A stretch of DNA of 63,930 nt, counting the filler, from Trichosphaerium sp. ATCC 40318 (Eukaryota; Protista; Tubulinea): the NCBI GenBank assembly GCA_038496445.1. It is 3 parts of 3 records of this genome, joined end to end, with 100 filler letters (N's around TTAATTAATTAA, not from the genome) between each part and the next. Parts side by side here need not be neighbours in the genome. Positions count along the whole stretch, not along the records: positions 30,997 to 55,124 come from JALMLS010000024.1; positions 55,225 to 63,930 come from JALMLS010000565.1; 1 more part is not named here. One strand, given 5' to 3'. Each line of letters opens with the position of its first letter. Position 1 is the first letter of the stretch. A program made the translations under genes and the position numbers. Of the stretch, positions 50,457 through 62,950 are shown piece by piece. The notes under the pieces are model-generated. The model ran no database searches. It saw nothing but the letters and a program-made list of their open reading frames with translations, and was not told the origin of the DNA.

Positions 50457-52963
50457 ATGTTCGGGTTACGCTGCATCGCTAGAGTAAGAAGTATATCACA
50501 CCGGGATGAAATCAAGCGAAGACATAGTGGTGTTGTCAAGCAACAACTCAGAACAGTCCAAACTGCTTCGAGTGTATTTGGAGAACATTCTAGTGTGTAT
50601 TTCGCTGGTTTAGTTAGTCTGTAACATTTTTTTGTAGGAGAGCCTTCCCTGTTTACTACAGTCATGGAAAACGCGTACAATCGTAAGTGACACTATGAAA
50701 ATACTATTCGCAGGCACTTTCTCTATTTGTTACGCTAACTTGAGAATTCCTTTGAAAACCATCGCAAACGCGTTTTAACGCGTGTAAAATACGATTACGG
50801 GATGTAAATTTGTATCTGACTTTAAGAAATAGTTGTCGGGCTATCTTACGCTGTGACCGACGCACAGCGCCGTGAAGCGGTCGTAGAGATGAAAAAGGTT
50901 GAAGAATTGGGCCAATACACAATGAAACTTGAAAAAATCAACGTAGACCTGTGGAAGGAGCTGTATAACAAATTATCAGACAACCGTGAGTTCAAGTACT
51001 TTAGTAGTCTCACTTTCATCAAAAAAAATCTCCGCTCGAAAAAGAAACAAGGAAAAAACTTTCTTTTTTTGAATTAATGTTATTAGATATACCTCTAGAA
51101 CAGTACCATAAGGTATCATGGACTCCTGAAGATTTTCTTGAAGGTACGTAATTCTATTTGATTTTCAAAATAAGAAATCACGTGATTGTTTTGTTAAAGC
51201 TAAGAAACACGTTTAGAAGAATTTCCTGTGATTATGACATTCTGCGCGTAAGTTTGTTTTTTTTCTGATGTGCTATGGTTGTAGATTAAACATTACTTTG
51301 TAGAGCTAGAGGAGAGCAATGGATGTCTTTAGGAAAGTGGGATTATGCCCTTCAAAACTTAACCCTAGCACGTGCTTTACTAAATGCGTAAGAACTTGCC
51401 TGACTTTCAACTATTTTTTTGATTAATTGTTTATAGCTTAACTTCTGTGTCTACACCACATCATATTATGCATGTTAAGACATTATTCAATGTGTATACT
51501 ACAACAATGAAGCTTGAGCAAGTCAACAAAACCAATAATCCAGAAAAGAATAACGTACACTAATAATGTTTTTGTAAGTTTCTTACACTCATTCAGAATG
51601 GCGAAGTATCAGAAATGGAATCTCTGTCTAGACGAGTATGATACAATTTAATAGCTTCTTACTGAACTTCATCCTTAGGCGTTTTTTGAAGCTTTGAAAT
51701 ACATTGAAGACCATTTCAAAGAGCTTTGCAATGAAGAGACTAAAACTCTCCGTGAAGAATTCAACTGTGAGTTAATAGGTAACTATTCCTTTCACTCAAC
51801 TTTCTTAACTCTTTCTTTTTATAGAAACAATATTAGCTTCTGGAAACGCTTTACTATCACAGCCATACTATAGAATAGCAGAACACGCTGAGAACATTTG
51901 GAAGCTATCAAAAGAGAATAATATGATAAACCTTTCTAAAATCAGTGTAGAGGTACTCGCTACTCTAATGATGCAATACACCTATTTAACTATTTATTGT
52001 CAATGTAGGTTGGTAAGATGCTTTTGAGTCAAGGAAAAGTATTAGAAGCTGTACCATACCTCGAACATGCGTGTGAGAATAATGCAAATGAAACTGAAGA
52101 AAATAAGATCAAGTATGAAGCATTTGAAAGTCCTAACTATCTCTTGGGCATGTGCTATTTTAATACAAGACAGTATGATAAAGCATCTAAACAATTCTCA
52201 AAAGTAAGTGAATAGAAACGTGCCAGAGGAGTACTACCTATAATGCTTTACCTAACTTTGACTAAGGCATCTGGTTTTGAGATTGTTTGGCATCAATCTT
52301 TGTTGATGCTTGTTTACAACTCAACACCTGATTATGTACTTGAAGAGGTTTCTAAGATTATGAAAGACGCTAAAGCTAAAGGGCTTGTTCATAATCAACT
52401 CTTTCAATGTGTTTTGGATGCAGTTGAATTATTTAAAAGCCCTCCAAAACCTAATGAAGATGCAACGGAGTTTTTGACTTCATTGAACAAAATTATAACA
52501 AAAGTTGACAAACAGATGGATTACTTCCTTGTTCAAGTATTAAATGTACGTGTTGCTTTTTGATTCGGTAGACACTTGAATTAACTCTTTGAGAATAGTT
52601 TTGGAGTATTACAGCTGAAGCTTTGATTGCTACAGGTCATCAAGATGCTAAAACACTTGCGCACAAACGTATGAAACAATTACTTGACTGTTTCGTTTTC
52701 TCAAAAACTCTGCGTTTGCTGACGCTTTTATAGTTCTTTGGCGCTGTGCATGGAAGTCTTTAGATATTCGACAACCATTCTTGTTGATAGAGACAACTTG
52801 GAGTCGTTTAGTGGAACTTTATAAAGATGAAGATCCGGGTGTTGCAGAAACTGTACAATCTCATTTGAATTGGTGGAGAAATAGTGTTGAATATGAGGCT
52901 TGTGAGCTTGTTGTTAACATTGATGTTTTAAAAAAGGAGTTACCACAGCTCACGGATTTGTAA
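50457..52963 (+). CDS. Multi-exon TPR-containing protein, probably mitochondrial
   Basis: Presequence-like MFGLRCIARVRSISHR; TPRs VGKMLLSQGKVLEAVPYLEHA and NYLLGMCYFNTRQYDKASKQFSK; about 14 short exons. Confidence 0.65.
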
Positions 52964-53074
52964 AATTAGAGGAAATGAATCTATTGTATTTTTTGTATTA
53001 AACGTGGTGCACGTGCTATTAATTTTTTATTTTCATTTATTTTTTTTGGAAGAAAATAACCATTTGTTTCTTCA

Positions 53075-55124
53075 TTAATGGACTTGTGTGCTAGCTTCCC
53101 ACACTTTAATTCTTCCTTGTTCATCATAAACAGCTTCAGCTTCTTTACTCCAAGTCCTTGAGACACTAACACCACAACCGATAGGAATGGTACCTAAAAC
53201 GAAAGCATGAGATGTTGTTTTCTGCTACAAAAAAAAAAAAAAAGAAACCATAACATACCAGTTAACTCTTGCATAGATTGACATACTACTTCATTGATAA
53301 AATTAACATTGTCATTTAGTGTATCATCATCAGGTAGTTCTATTAAAATCTCATCATGTATAAACGCAACAAGACGATATCCTATTTGTGTCAAGTTCCA
53401 CATTGCTAATTTTGCTCCGTCAGCAGCTAACCCTATTACAAACAGTAAGTCACTAATCCATTCAACAAAAGTAAAAAAAAACCCACCAGAAAATGGTGTG
53501 TTACATCCTTGTGTAAAACCAACTTTAGATCGGATTCTTCCTGTTAACGTTACACAATCAGAACCAAATAAGTTCTTATAGCAATCCTAAACAAATCAAT
53601 TAGTACAACGTAATCAAAGGCTAAAAATAGACACTTTTTGGTACAACACGTGCACAGAATTTAGCCACAATATAGACATCGTAGAAAGAAAAGGTAAATT
53701 TTTTACGTACCTCATTACCACCATTTTCTTTACATTCCCATATTAGTTTCTTAAGCTTTGGTATTGTACATAACTTAAGTAATCCTCGCCATACTTTAGC
53801 CACAAAGTATTGATTATACTCTCGGCCATCCTTACGTCGTCTTAGATTACCTCGTACAATGTTTCGGATGCATCCTAAGGAGTTCATGAATCATAGGACT
53901 AAAAACAAAGAGAAACCTTGCCAAATAGTAAATAAATGGCGAGTACATACCTGCAAGTGCTGGCGATCGTTTTTTCTTATCTTTCTTCCAAGCAAACGTA
54001 TTCCAGCATGTCTTCTCATCTGTGCCTAAATTTCTCGCTAGTGTAGCCATTTCGCGCTCAGCAAGGTATTTACCAAGCTCAGGGTATACTTCATTTATCA
54101 ACTTTTCTCTGAACAGTTTTGCTTCTAAACAAGGTATTAGATCGCGTTGTTGTACTTGTAGGCGTGTTCTTCAATACCTGCGAATTCCAATTCAACGTTG
54201 TAAGCGCTCTTTGCATAATCTTGAAGACCTCTAGCACTTTCACCACTCGGAATACCAAAGTTAATTGCTTTAGCTCTTTGGCGAAGGCTTTTAAATTTTT
54301 TTCGTAGTTCAAGATCATCTGAGTGCTTCCAAGCCATAAAATCCTTAAAATCAACACCCTCAAACATAGCAGCTGTGAATCCATGAGGATCTGTGCCCTA
54401 AAACGACTTTTTAGAGCAAGTAGAAGACCATAACTACGCACAGCTCTTATAACATCTGCAAGTACAGAAGCGCCATATCTAGCCTCGCATACCCTATGAA
54501 AAACATTATGAGGGCATTCTAGATACCTTTTGAGGCTATTTACCTTGACAAGGTGCAAAGTTCAATAAAATTATAATCAATCGCCATCAGCACATGACCA
54601 TCACGAGCAGCAAACATTTCTCTAAAACCTCCAGCACGTGGTGTTTGTTGAATTGGTGGATTACTACAACTAGTACGTCCATTTCGTACGAGCACCTAAA
54701 AGAAAAAGGGTAAGCTAGATGAAGCACAAGACGACTCAGTCGGCTTTATTGAATTTCAACTTTTAAAAAAAGACTGTAACTAAAAAATCACGTGAATAAA
54801 AAAAGTAAAAGGATTTCATAAACAAGCAACAGATTCATATCTGTTTTCTTTCCTTATTGGTGTTTCAATAATGTCAATCAAGAGTTAATGTATAAAAGCA
54901 GTTTCAATCTTATAGTCATACCGTGTATTTTGGGTGACAACTTGATGTTTTCAAGTGCTTTAAGAAATTCAAAAAGTGACCAGATTGCTCCATATTCATC
55001 CAATCATCAATGAACGGATGGTCATGTCTATACTCTCCCCTTTAAAAAATACATTAGCAAATAAATACTGCTCAGCTAGGCTCTTCTTGTACCATATTTT
55101 TCGAGATGTTGAAATGTGTTTTCC
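53075..55124 (-). CDS. Family A DNA polymerase, polymerase domain (5' part lost at the contig edge)
   Basis: RNGRTSCSNPPIQQTPR; motif A AIDYNFIELCTL; motif B RQRAKAINFGIPSG; TLTGRIR; CNTPFSGLAADGAKLA; motif C AFIHDEILIE; intron-containing. Confidence 0.92.
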
Positions 55125-55224
55125 NNNNNNNNNNNNNNNNNNNNNNNNNNNNNNNNNNNNNNNNNNNNTTAATTAATTAANNNNNNNNNNNNNNNNNNNN
55201 NNNNNNNNNNNNNNNNNNNNNNNN
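55125..55224. other. Artificial contig-joining spacer
   Basis: N44-TTAATTAATTAA-N44. Confidence 0.97.
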
Positions 55225-56201
55225 GTACTACACCGTAAAAGATAAAGATTAGAGTGTGGGTTCTGAATTAAGCCGTACATATTTGACTGTTGTCAAGTTG
55301 TTGGCGAACTGTTCGCAATCATTTTGTGCAAAGCATATACCATCCCGTAAAGTATAAGAACGACACCACGCAGTTGATGGTATCTGAAACAATGTCAATA
55401 GAACTTTGAACATAACTAGTTTTTTCTAGTTCTCTATCGTACCCTTTCAGCTTTTACTCTTGATACAATTTCAAAAGTTTCACGTGATACAAGAACGTTA
55501 ATAGCATCCATATGAGATGACCCAAATTGAATAACAAAGTTATCAGTGACAGGATCATAAAAGAACAAGAGGGCTTCATAGCTATGAAAGAGAAATAAGA
55601 CGTTCGTGTGTCAAATAGAATTACTTACAAAAAGTTGTCTTCATGCAGAAATTCAAATGCAAATTGACCTATTTTTGCGCCGTTGTTGCTTATAATCCAC
55701 ATGAGCCCATCTCTAGTACAATTTGCAGAGATACTATAATTATGTGCGACAGGTTCAGTGGGTTCTTTCAATTCCAGCAGGTAAGCACACCGATGGTCAC
55801 GTGTACAAAAATAACGTACCATCACATAAAGCAATGTAATCAGTAGCAGGGTATTTCTTAAGTGTACCATCACGTGCATCAATGGTCGCTAGCGCCGTTT
55901 CACCTAGTAAGATCGTTATGACTAAAACATAAAGTAAAAGTATACCAACAGGTCCTAAGTAGTTCCATTCGCGAAAAGAGAGGATATACCTGTATTTACA
56001 ACATTGTGAGCGGTTAGCTCGTCAAACAACATTGGCGTACATGTATGGATCAAGCGAACAGCTGCGATAGTTCACGTGTATACCCTTAGTGGTTCAGTAT
56101 GGTTGGTGAGTTTTTTGTGGACGTACTGGCTGTACGAGTTGGGAGCACGCGTAAGCAATAGGTAAGACGCATAAAAGGAATATGGCTGCTTTGTTTAACA
56201 T
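55225..56201 (-). CDS. Secreted hypothetical protein, multi-exon, truncated at the contig edge
   Basis: Signal peptide MLNKAAIFLLCVLPIAYA followed by GT-AG-bounded open exons. Confidence 0.55.
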
Positions 56202-56304
56202 GTTTTGATCTACCGATTCGTCGAATGTGAACAAAAAAAATATCGGTTAAGTTTTTGGTTAAGGAAGAGTTTATTGATTGTTTTGGGCGTAATTAACCGT
56301 TAGA

Positions 56305-59300
56305 ATGGTTAAAATTATCGTTAGAAGAGGCAAGGTTGATAAAAGCTTTGATATATCGAAGATAGAAAAAATACAAAAGATAAAAGAACGCATTCGCAAA
56401 ACCTTTGATATATCTGATGATAACGACATACGGTAAAGCAGTTTATGACAGTTATATCGATTAATACGTCGTTTTAATTATTTAAAAGAGTTGTTTTTGG
56501 CGGTAAAGCTTGTAAAGACGAGTGTACAGCGTTTCAGTGCGGAATAAAAACAGGTTGCGTTGTTTTAATATTCGTTACCAAAAAACGCTCCGGGTACGTT
56601 TTATTACGATTTAAACACCACCTGGGTACTTTGAGTAGTAAATACTCATTTGCGTGGCAAATACGCCCGGTCTAAGCCAATCCTAACCAACGGTAAAGTT
56701 AATAAATTGTAGTACAAAAAAAGAAATGCCTCTCGCAGATGATGTGAAATCTCCGTCACAAGTGGATAGCCCGAAGCCTAATAATAACGTTCCAAAAATT
56801 GATGGCATAAACGTTTCACCTATTGATCTCATGTACACGTGCGAGTAAGTAGTTACACCAAAAAAACCAAAAATTATTACTAAAACTTACTTTTTTTTAA
56901 ACAGTCCGAAAGTTGGCGATGAGAACACATTCAAGTCATCCAAAAATCTGCCTCCATTCATTTCTAGCCTTTATAAAGGGTTTTGGGAGTTGAACCCAGT
57001 ACGGAATATAATATTATTTAGCACCCTATCCAGCATTCCTTGTTTGACTAATTTTCTTCTGCAAAAAAGATTCCAGCAACAAAAAAAAAGGCGATAGTAA
57101 TTAGATTTCCTTTACCATCTGGTAAGGATAGTGACGTCAATACTGATAATCTGGGTATTGTCAATTATCAAACAGACTTTTTTGGGTACATATATTACTC
57201 GATGAAGACTTACACATGCTTCTGCTGTGGTTTAAAAAGAAGTCTGTCTGACGATTTTATTACATTGTGTTCTTTCTTTTTGTAATCCTGTTTTGTAGCT
57301 CTCCTGCCTATGACCTTGTACACTACTCAGAGCTTACTAAAGAAAACGGATACTTGGTTTTTACATTAAAACGGAGGCTTTTCAATACAATTAAAGGTGG
57401 TTTCTGGACTGTTTGTATTATAAACAAAGAAAAATTATTACATTGCCCTCATTGCCTCCAAGTAAGTTTCTCAATTTCCTTCAAGTCATCATACTCCTGT
57501 GCATTGATCTTTATAAGCACCCATCCTCTTACAGCTGTATAGGCAGATAATACTCTTAAAAAACTACAATGCAATGACTGTGGACAATCATGGCATTTTT
57601 ATTGCATTCAAAAACCAAAAAAGATTCTACTTAAAACTTTCCATAAGATGCTAACCAGTACGTTTTTGGTTTTCGTTTTCAGTTCATATAACAATGCCTG
57701 TTGCTTTATTAATACTAAATCATCTTGCTTAGCGACTGACGACTGGTTTTGTCCTCTATGCTATAACTCAGAGTTACATGACAAGAAGAACCAGTCTGTG
57801 TCAAAAAACGCAAAAAAGTCTTCACGGGCACAAAAGGCAGTGGCAAAAGGAAAGACTCATATTGGTGCAGGACAATCTAACGCTGGCGTGTACGTTCTAG
57901 AATTTAACAAGGAAGAATGTTACTGTTCATAAAACCCTAATTTTTCTGAAGAAAGGAAAAGTGCCGGGTAGTGCCTCCTCATCATGTTGGTTCCATTCCT
58001 GGTGTCTTAGTCGGATCTCACTACAGATATAGAGTTGAAGCATCTCAGGCAGGTGTACATAGACCCCATATGAAGGGTATTGCAGGACGTAAAAACTGTA
58101 CGATGTGACTCTTTATGTGATCTATTATTCAATTCTATTTTTCTAGTTTTTGCAAACAGTATTGCGTCTTCTGCGAGATATGAAGATGATACTGATTCTG
58201 GATACGAAATAATTTATACTGGTGAAGGAGGACGCGATTTATCAGGAAATAAGCGCTGTGGTGCGCATACCAAGGCTCAAAAGGTACACTAAAGACAGCG
58301 ATGTTTTTTTTCTGATTTTTTTCAAGTTTAAAGGCGCGAATACAGCCTTGGCACTAAACTGTGCAAAAAAGAATGATTGTACAAATGATAATTGTATTTG
58401 GGGCGAAAAACCTATTTGTGATGATTGTGCAGGATGTTGGAAAGAGGGAATACCTGTACAGTTTTTATTTTCTTTTTTTTTTTCTACTTACTCACGCTGA
58501 TTTTCTGTACTTTAGGTTCGTGTTATACGTGGTTTCAAAGGGGCCAAAACAAAACATCCTCATAAATATGATCCACAAGAACGTAAGTATCATCATCTTT
58601 GCGAAAAAAACCTTGTTTTCTTCTTTTTTTCTTGCTTCTTTGAGAAGCACTGTTTTTTCTGTCCTCACGTTTTCTTTAGCGTACCCTGATGTTGTACCTA
58701 AAAATAAACAGAACGTGTACCGTTATGATGGCCTATACAAGGTAGTAGATTTTTGGAAGGAAACAGGCCGTGCCGGACAGATTGTGTTTTCGTATTTGTT
58801 AAGGTACACAACCCGTTTTTGCTGGCATAATCCCTTACTTTTGGTAGGCGTGATGATCCTGAACCAGCTCCTTGGACACCTGAAGGAAAGGCATATATTA
58901 GACGGTATTGCTTAGATCGTATTGGATTACCAACTGGGGTAACAGCTAATGAGTACGACCTTGTTTTTTTTACTGAACTTTTGTTCCTAATATTTTCTTG
59001 TACAGAGCAGAGTTGATTCCAATCAGTCAAACTGATGCATACCTTACTTCCCTAAAAAAAGACAAATTAGTAGAGCAATCACGTAAACGTAGCAGAGACG
59101 ATGACAATGATAACGATGCTGACGAACGCCCCAGTAAGAAGAGAAAGATTGAAAAAAGCGACGAAAACCCAGAAATGTCTGATGATGTAACATGTGTTCT
59201 TCCTCTAGGAGATTTTCTCTAACCTTTTCTTTAGTCTATTGAGATAATATTAACAGATTTTGAAGACGAAGACTTTGACAACACAGAATCTGCTGATGGC

Positions 59301-59869
59301 GAAGAAGTCAATGAATATGAGAACAATAAAGAAATTGGCATGGAATTTGAATATAATGATGATGTCGAAGATAATGGCATTGATTGCAATCAAATATTTG
59401 GTGACATCATCGCTGAAGATGCAAGGGTGATTGCTACGGACATAAGCAATAAAGATACTTGGAACCAACTGATACAAACGCACACACTAAACTGGGAAAA
59501 TCGTTTCGAATTTTTACAAGCAGCTTTTGATGAGTTCTGTTGTGTCATCTGCCAAAAGCTGGTGTTTGAACCTGTGAAGTTGGAATGTACGTCTATATAT
59601 GCTTGTGCTATTATTAAACGATATCTGTTTGTTAATAGCTATTTAGGTGGTCATGGAAAGCGTATGTGCAGGTTTGTATAAATAACCTTATTAAGAATAC
59701 ACCATCGAAGGAAACACCTTGTTGTCCGATGTGTAGGGAAGACCTACCTGATATTGATAATATAGAAGACAATGAAGCTCTTTACAATGTTATTACAAGA
59801 TTATTTCATACGATAAAGAAGCCAAGAAGAAGGAGGAAAAAAGCAACTAAAAAAACAAAAAAAAATTGA
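56305..59869 (+). CDS. UHRF1: UHRF1-like E3 ligase (UBL-PHD-SRA-RING)
   Basis: UBL (IQKIKERI...VVFGGK); PHD (LQCNDCGQSWHFYC...DDWFCPLC); SRA (GSIPGVLVG..YRVEASQAGVHRPHMKGIAG..YEDDTDSG..YTGEGGRDLSGNKR..PVRVIRG..YRYDGLYKVV..LRRDDPEPAPWT); RING (FCCVICQKLVFEPV..CPMCR). Confidence 0.93.
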
Positions 59870-60103
59870 AAAGTGTTTGAGTTCTTTTGGTAAGTCGCAC
59901 AATCAAGTTTTTTGGTTCTCTGCTGGTAATGATGTTATTTTTATGTTATGTAAATTTTGTACTATGTAGCTTTGGTGAGCCGTCCTTGTATTAGTAAACC
60001 TAGATGTTAAAAAAAAAGTCAAACATTGTTGAAAAATACTCATTGGTTTTCAAAAAGAAAGACAAACAGTCAGAGGGAGATGGCTTTATTCACTCTTGTA
60101 CCA

Positions 60104-61448
60104 TTAGCAGTCATGCCAAGTTACTGTAGAGACATTTCTATTAGACAAATCCACATAAACGCTTGCATACTCAAACTCACGAGTATAAACCCACGTGTTT
60201 GAAACACGTTTTGCTGGTCCTTTTGGAGCTCCAAGTTTACACTTCAATTGAGGATAAAAGTCAACTGGGCATGTGTGATCTGTTCCAAAAGGTATGAAAT
60301 CAGAGATATTCCACCATAGAGAGTATCCCCACCAATGATTCTCTTCAGCAATAAGCAAAAAATACGATACAGCATTATTGAAATAATCAGCCATCATCTT
60401 CTGTAGTCCCTTTGTCGTTTTAGGTATAGTGTTGTTAGGCCAAGTTTGAGGATGTATAATGGGTCCAGGCCAACTCTTGATCTCAAGAGTACGATCAGCG
60501 TTCTTAGGGGAACCGATGATATCAAAGAGGAGATGCTGCATAGCCTCAGGTTTCATTTTACCTGTCTTATGATCTAGGAACTGAAGAATGGCCGTGTGAT
60601 CAACCATTGATGCTGATGCGCCTTCCAAGTGAAGACTTAGAGCGTAGTCTGAATCTAATGCGTTCATTAGAGCTATTTGGTTATTACCTAGTTTATCTAG
60701 CTCTTCTTGTAATTTTCCTATCATTGCTCCTTGTGCTTTGTTGTGAGCATCGCTTTGCTCTGGTGTTAGATCAGGAATTGTCTTATTAGACGTAGGTATA
60801 TCATCAAGGAAAAACCCGTCGATAGCTATCTTTCCATTGGTAAGTGTTTGTTTGGCTAGATCCAACAAGTGACCAACAAAGAAGTCGACAAAATCTTGGT
60901 TTGTGGGGTCGAACAATGGATAATCTAACAAATGATGTGAGTACAATGCGCACGTGCGAATTTTTTACATACTATCTCTGTACAGAATTTTTCCGTCGTC
61001 ACCGTGAAGAGACCATTCGTTTTGGTTTTGTAACCATGTTTTTGACGCACTAGAACACTCAACGACTTGCTGTGCTTCATCTGATTTGTAGTAGAAAATT
61101 ACTCTGACATTCGGATTAACCGCCTAGAAAAAGTCGTTAACGCTAGTTTACAAAGAGAATGTACTACTACTGGGTTACCTTTAATTCTGTTGCTGCTTTC
61201 AACACAGCTGCTTCCATTGTAGTACCAACAGCGAAAGATCCAAAGCAATTTCCAAACGTGATAATTTTAAAGTTTGTTGCCATAAACTTTGTTTGTTCCT
61301 CTGTTATCATACCACTTGCGTTCTTACCATGCATGTACAACATATCCGATAAAGTATCCCATGTATGTACCCAGGGCTTACATTCGCACGTGTGGAGTAA
61401 TAGTATACTTGCTATTACAGCAAAAAGACAATAGTGTAGCCTTAGCAT
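60104..61448 (-). CDS. Secreted putative glycoside hydrolase (TIM-barrel, GHL15-like)
   Basis: Signal peptide; NPNVRVIFYY; FDPTNQDFVDFF; IDGFFLDD; C-terminus KLGAPKGPAKRVSNTWVYTREFEYASVYVDL. Family assignment is from motif recall only. Confidence 0.65.
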
Positions 61449-61869
61449 TGTAGTAACCAAAAAAGACTGCGTTCTGACTAGGTATGTATTTGTCCGATGT
61501 AGACTTTTCGATTACATGTGCCGATAAACTTAAAATGCTAAAAACAAGCACAAAGTCCTTTTGTTGCGTGTTTCATTCATTGTAAAGCACATATCGATTT
61601 TCATTTATACTGGTATAATTTTTATTTGGGCTAAGAACTTTTTTATTGAATACATTACGCCCACAGATAACTATAAAGCAAATTATAGATAAAAAGAAAA
61701 GTTTGGACAAGAGCTATAAAATTATGAGTTTTCTTAGAATGATTGGTCGGCAACATCGCGTAAATACATCAATGTTGTACAGATATCTTATCTGAGGTTT
61801 GGGTTCTTTGGAATAGGCAAATATTAAACTAACGCGTATTACATGATCGCATCAGAGCAAACTGATCTT

Positions 61870-62360
61870 TATTTTACAAATCATGGACTAGAAATGGTCA
61901 ACTGTGGGAGGAACGCAATCATCCAAGATAAACTAGATGGAGATTTCAAAGAGTGGTCTATAATGGACAATTGATTAATCATTGTCAATACATCATTGGT
62001 CACAAATAGGGGTACATAAGCGGTGATACTTAAACGGCCAATTGAAATATCTTAATTGTAACAAAGAAGATAAACTAGATGGAGAGTTATTGTATTACCA
62101 TCAAAATGGGCAATTAAAACAACAGTCGACTATGTTCAATGGTGCCACAATAGCCCACAAAGAGTGGTATGAAAACGGGAATTTGAAATGTACAGTTGAA
62201 CACACTGGCAATTCTATATTCGGCATCTACTATAATAGTGGGCAGTCTAAATCACATAGGCCATTTAAGGAAGTTAAGACTTACCACGAGAATGGTCAGC
62301 TTAAGAAAATATGGAGTGTATATCGTGGAGAGTATTATGGTGAGCTAAAGGAGTGGTCAA
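61870..62360 (+). pseudogene. MORN-variant (YwqK-like) repeat protein relic
   Basis: Repeated W/YxxNGQL and KLDG motifs (KSWTRNGQL, YYHQNGQLK, EWYENGNLK, TYHENGQLK); frameshifts and stops upstream; cut at 62361 by a poly-T tract. Confidence 0.75.
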
Positions 62361-62363
62361 GTG

Positions 62364-62950
62364 TTTTTTTTTTTTTAGAATAAGAGGCAGCGCGCTAGCG
62401 CCTACTTTATTACATAGGTTGTGTTACATTGTTACGGTTTACAAGATAGAAAAAATAAAAAACCAAATTTATTTTTGCAATAGGATCCTTCTCATCAGTA
62501 TAGTTTTGTATCACATAAATAAAATGATTAGGACTGAATTGTAATTAATTGAGTTAAAGGGAAAAAGGGGGGTTTGGGGGGCGGAGCCCACCATGAAGGG
62601 GGTTGGGGGGAAGTCCCCCCAAGTAAAAGGAGTATCTATTAAATTAGGCTACCACACACTAAGCTGCGGTAACTAGGTATAGGGAGCGCAATCGGCTCCA
62701 AATTTGCAACGCAAATTAGGAGGGTACGCGACCCTTGGTTGTATTAATTATATATTGAACCTATTCTATGGATGGGTTTGGAAACTCTTCGATCATTAGT
62801 AGGTGTTAAAAATTGACTTAATACAATTGTACCATCTGGTAGTATATCATCTACTCCGCTACCAATCGCAAAAGCTGGTGTATTTAACTGTAATCTTCTA
62901 AGACTTTTCTGTTCTTTGATAACCTCTGAGTTATTATTATTAGCTCATAG
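62364..62950 (-). mobile_element. Polyadenylated retroelement 3' end with hairpin-rich 3' UTR
   Basis: T13 at 62364-62376 (minus-strand poly-A) interrupting the MORN gene; a 68-codon minus-strand ORF tail ending near 62745; GC-rich hairpins GGGGGACTTCCCCCC and GGGCTCCGCCCC. Confidence 0.6.
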
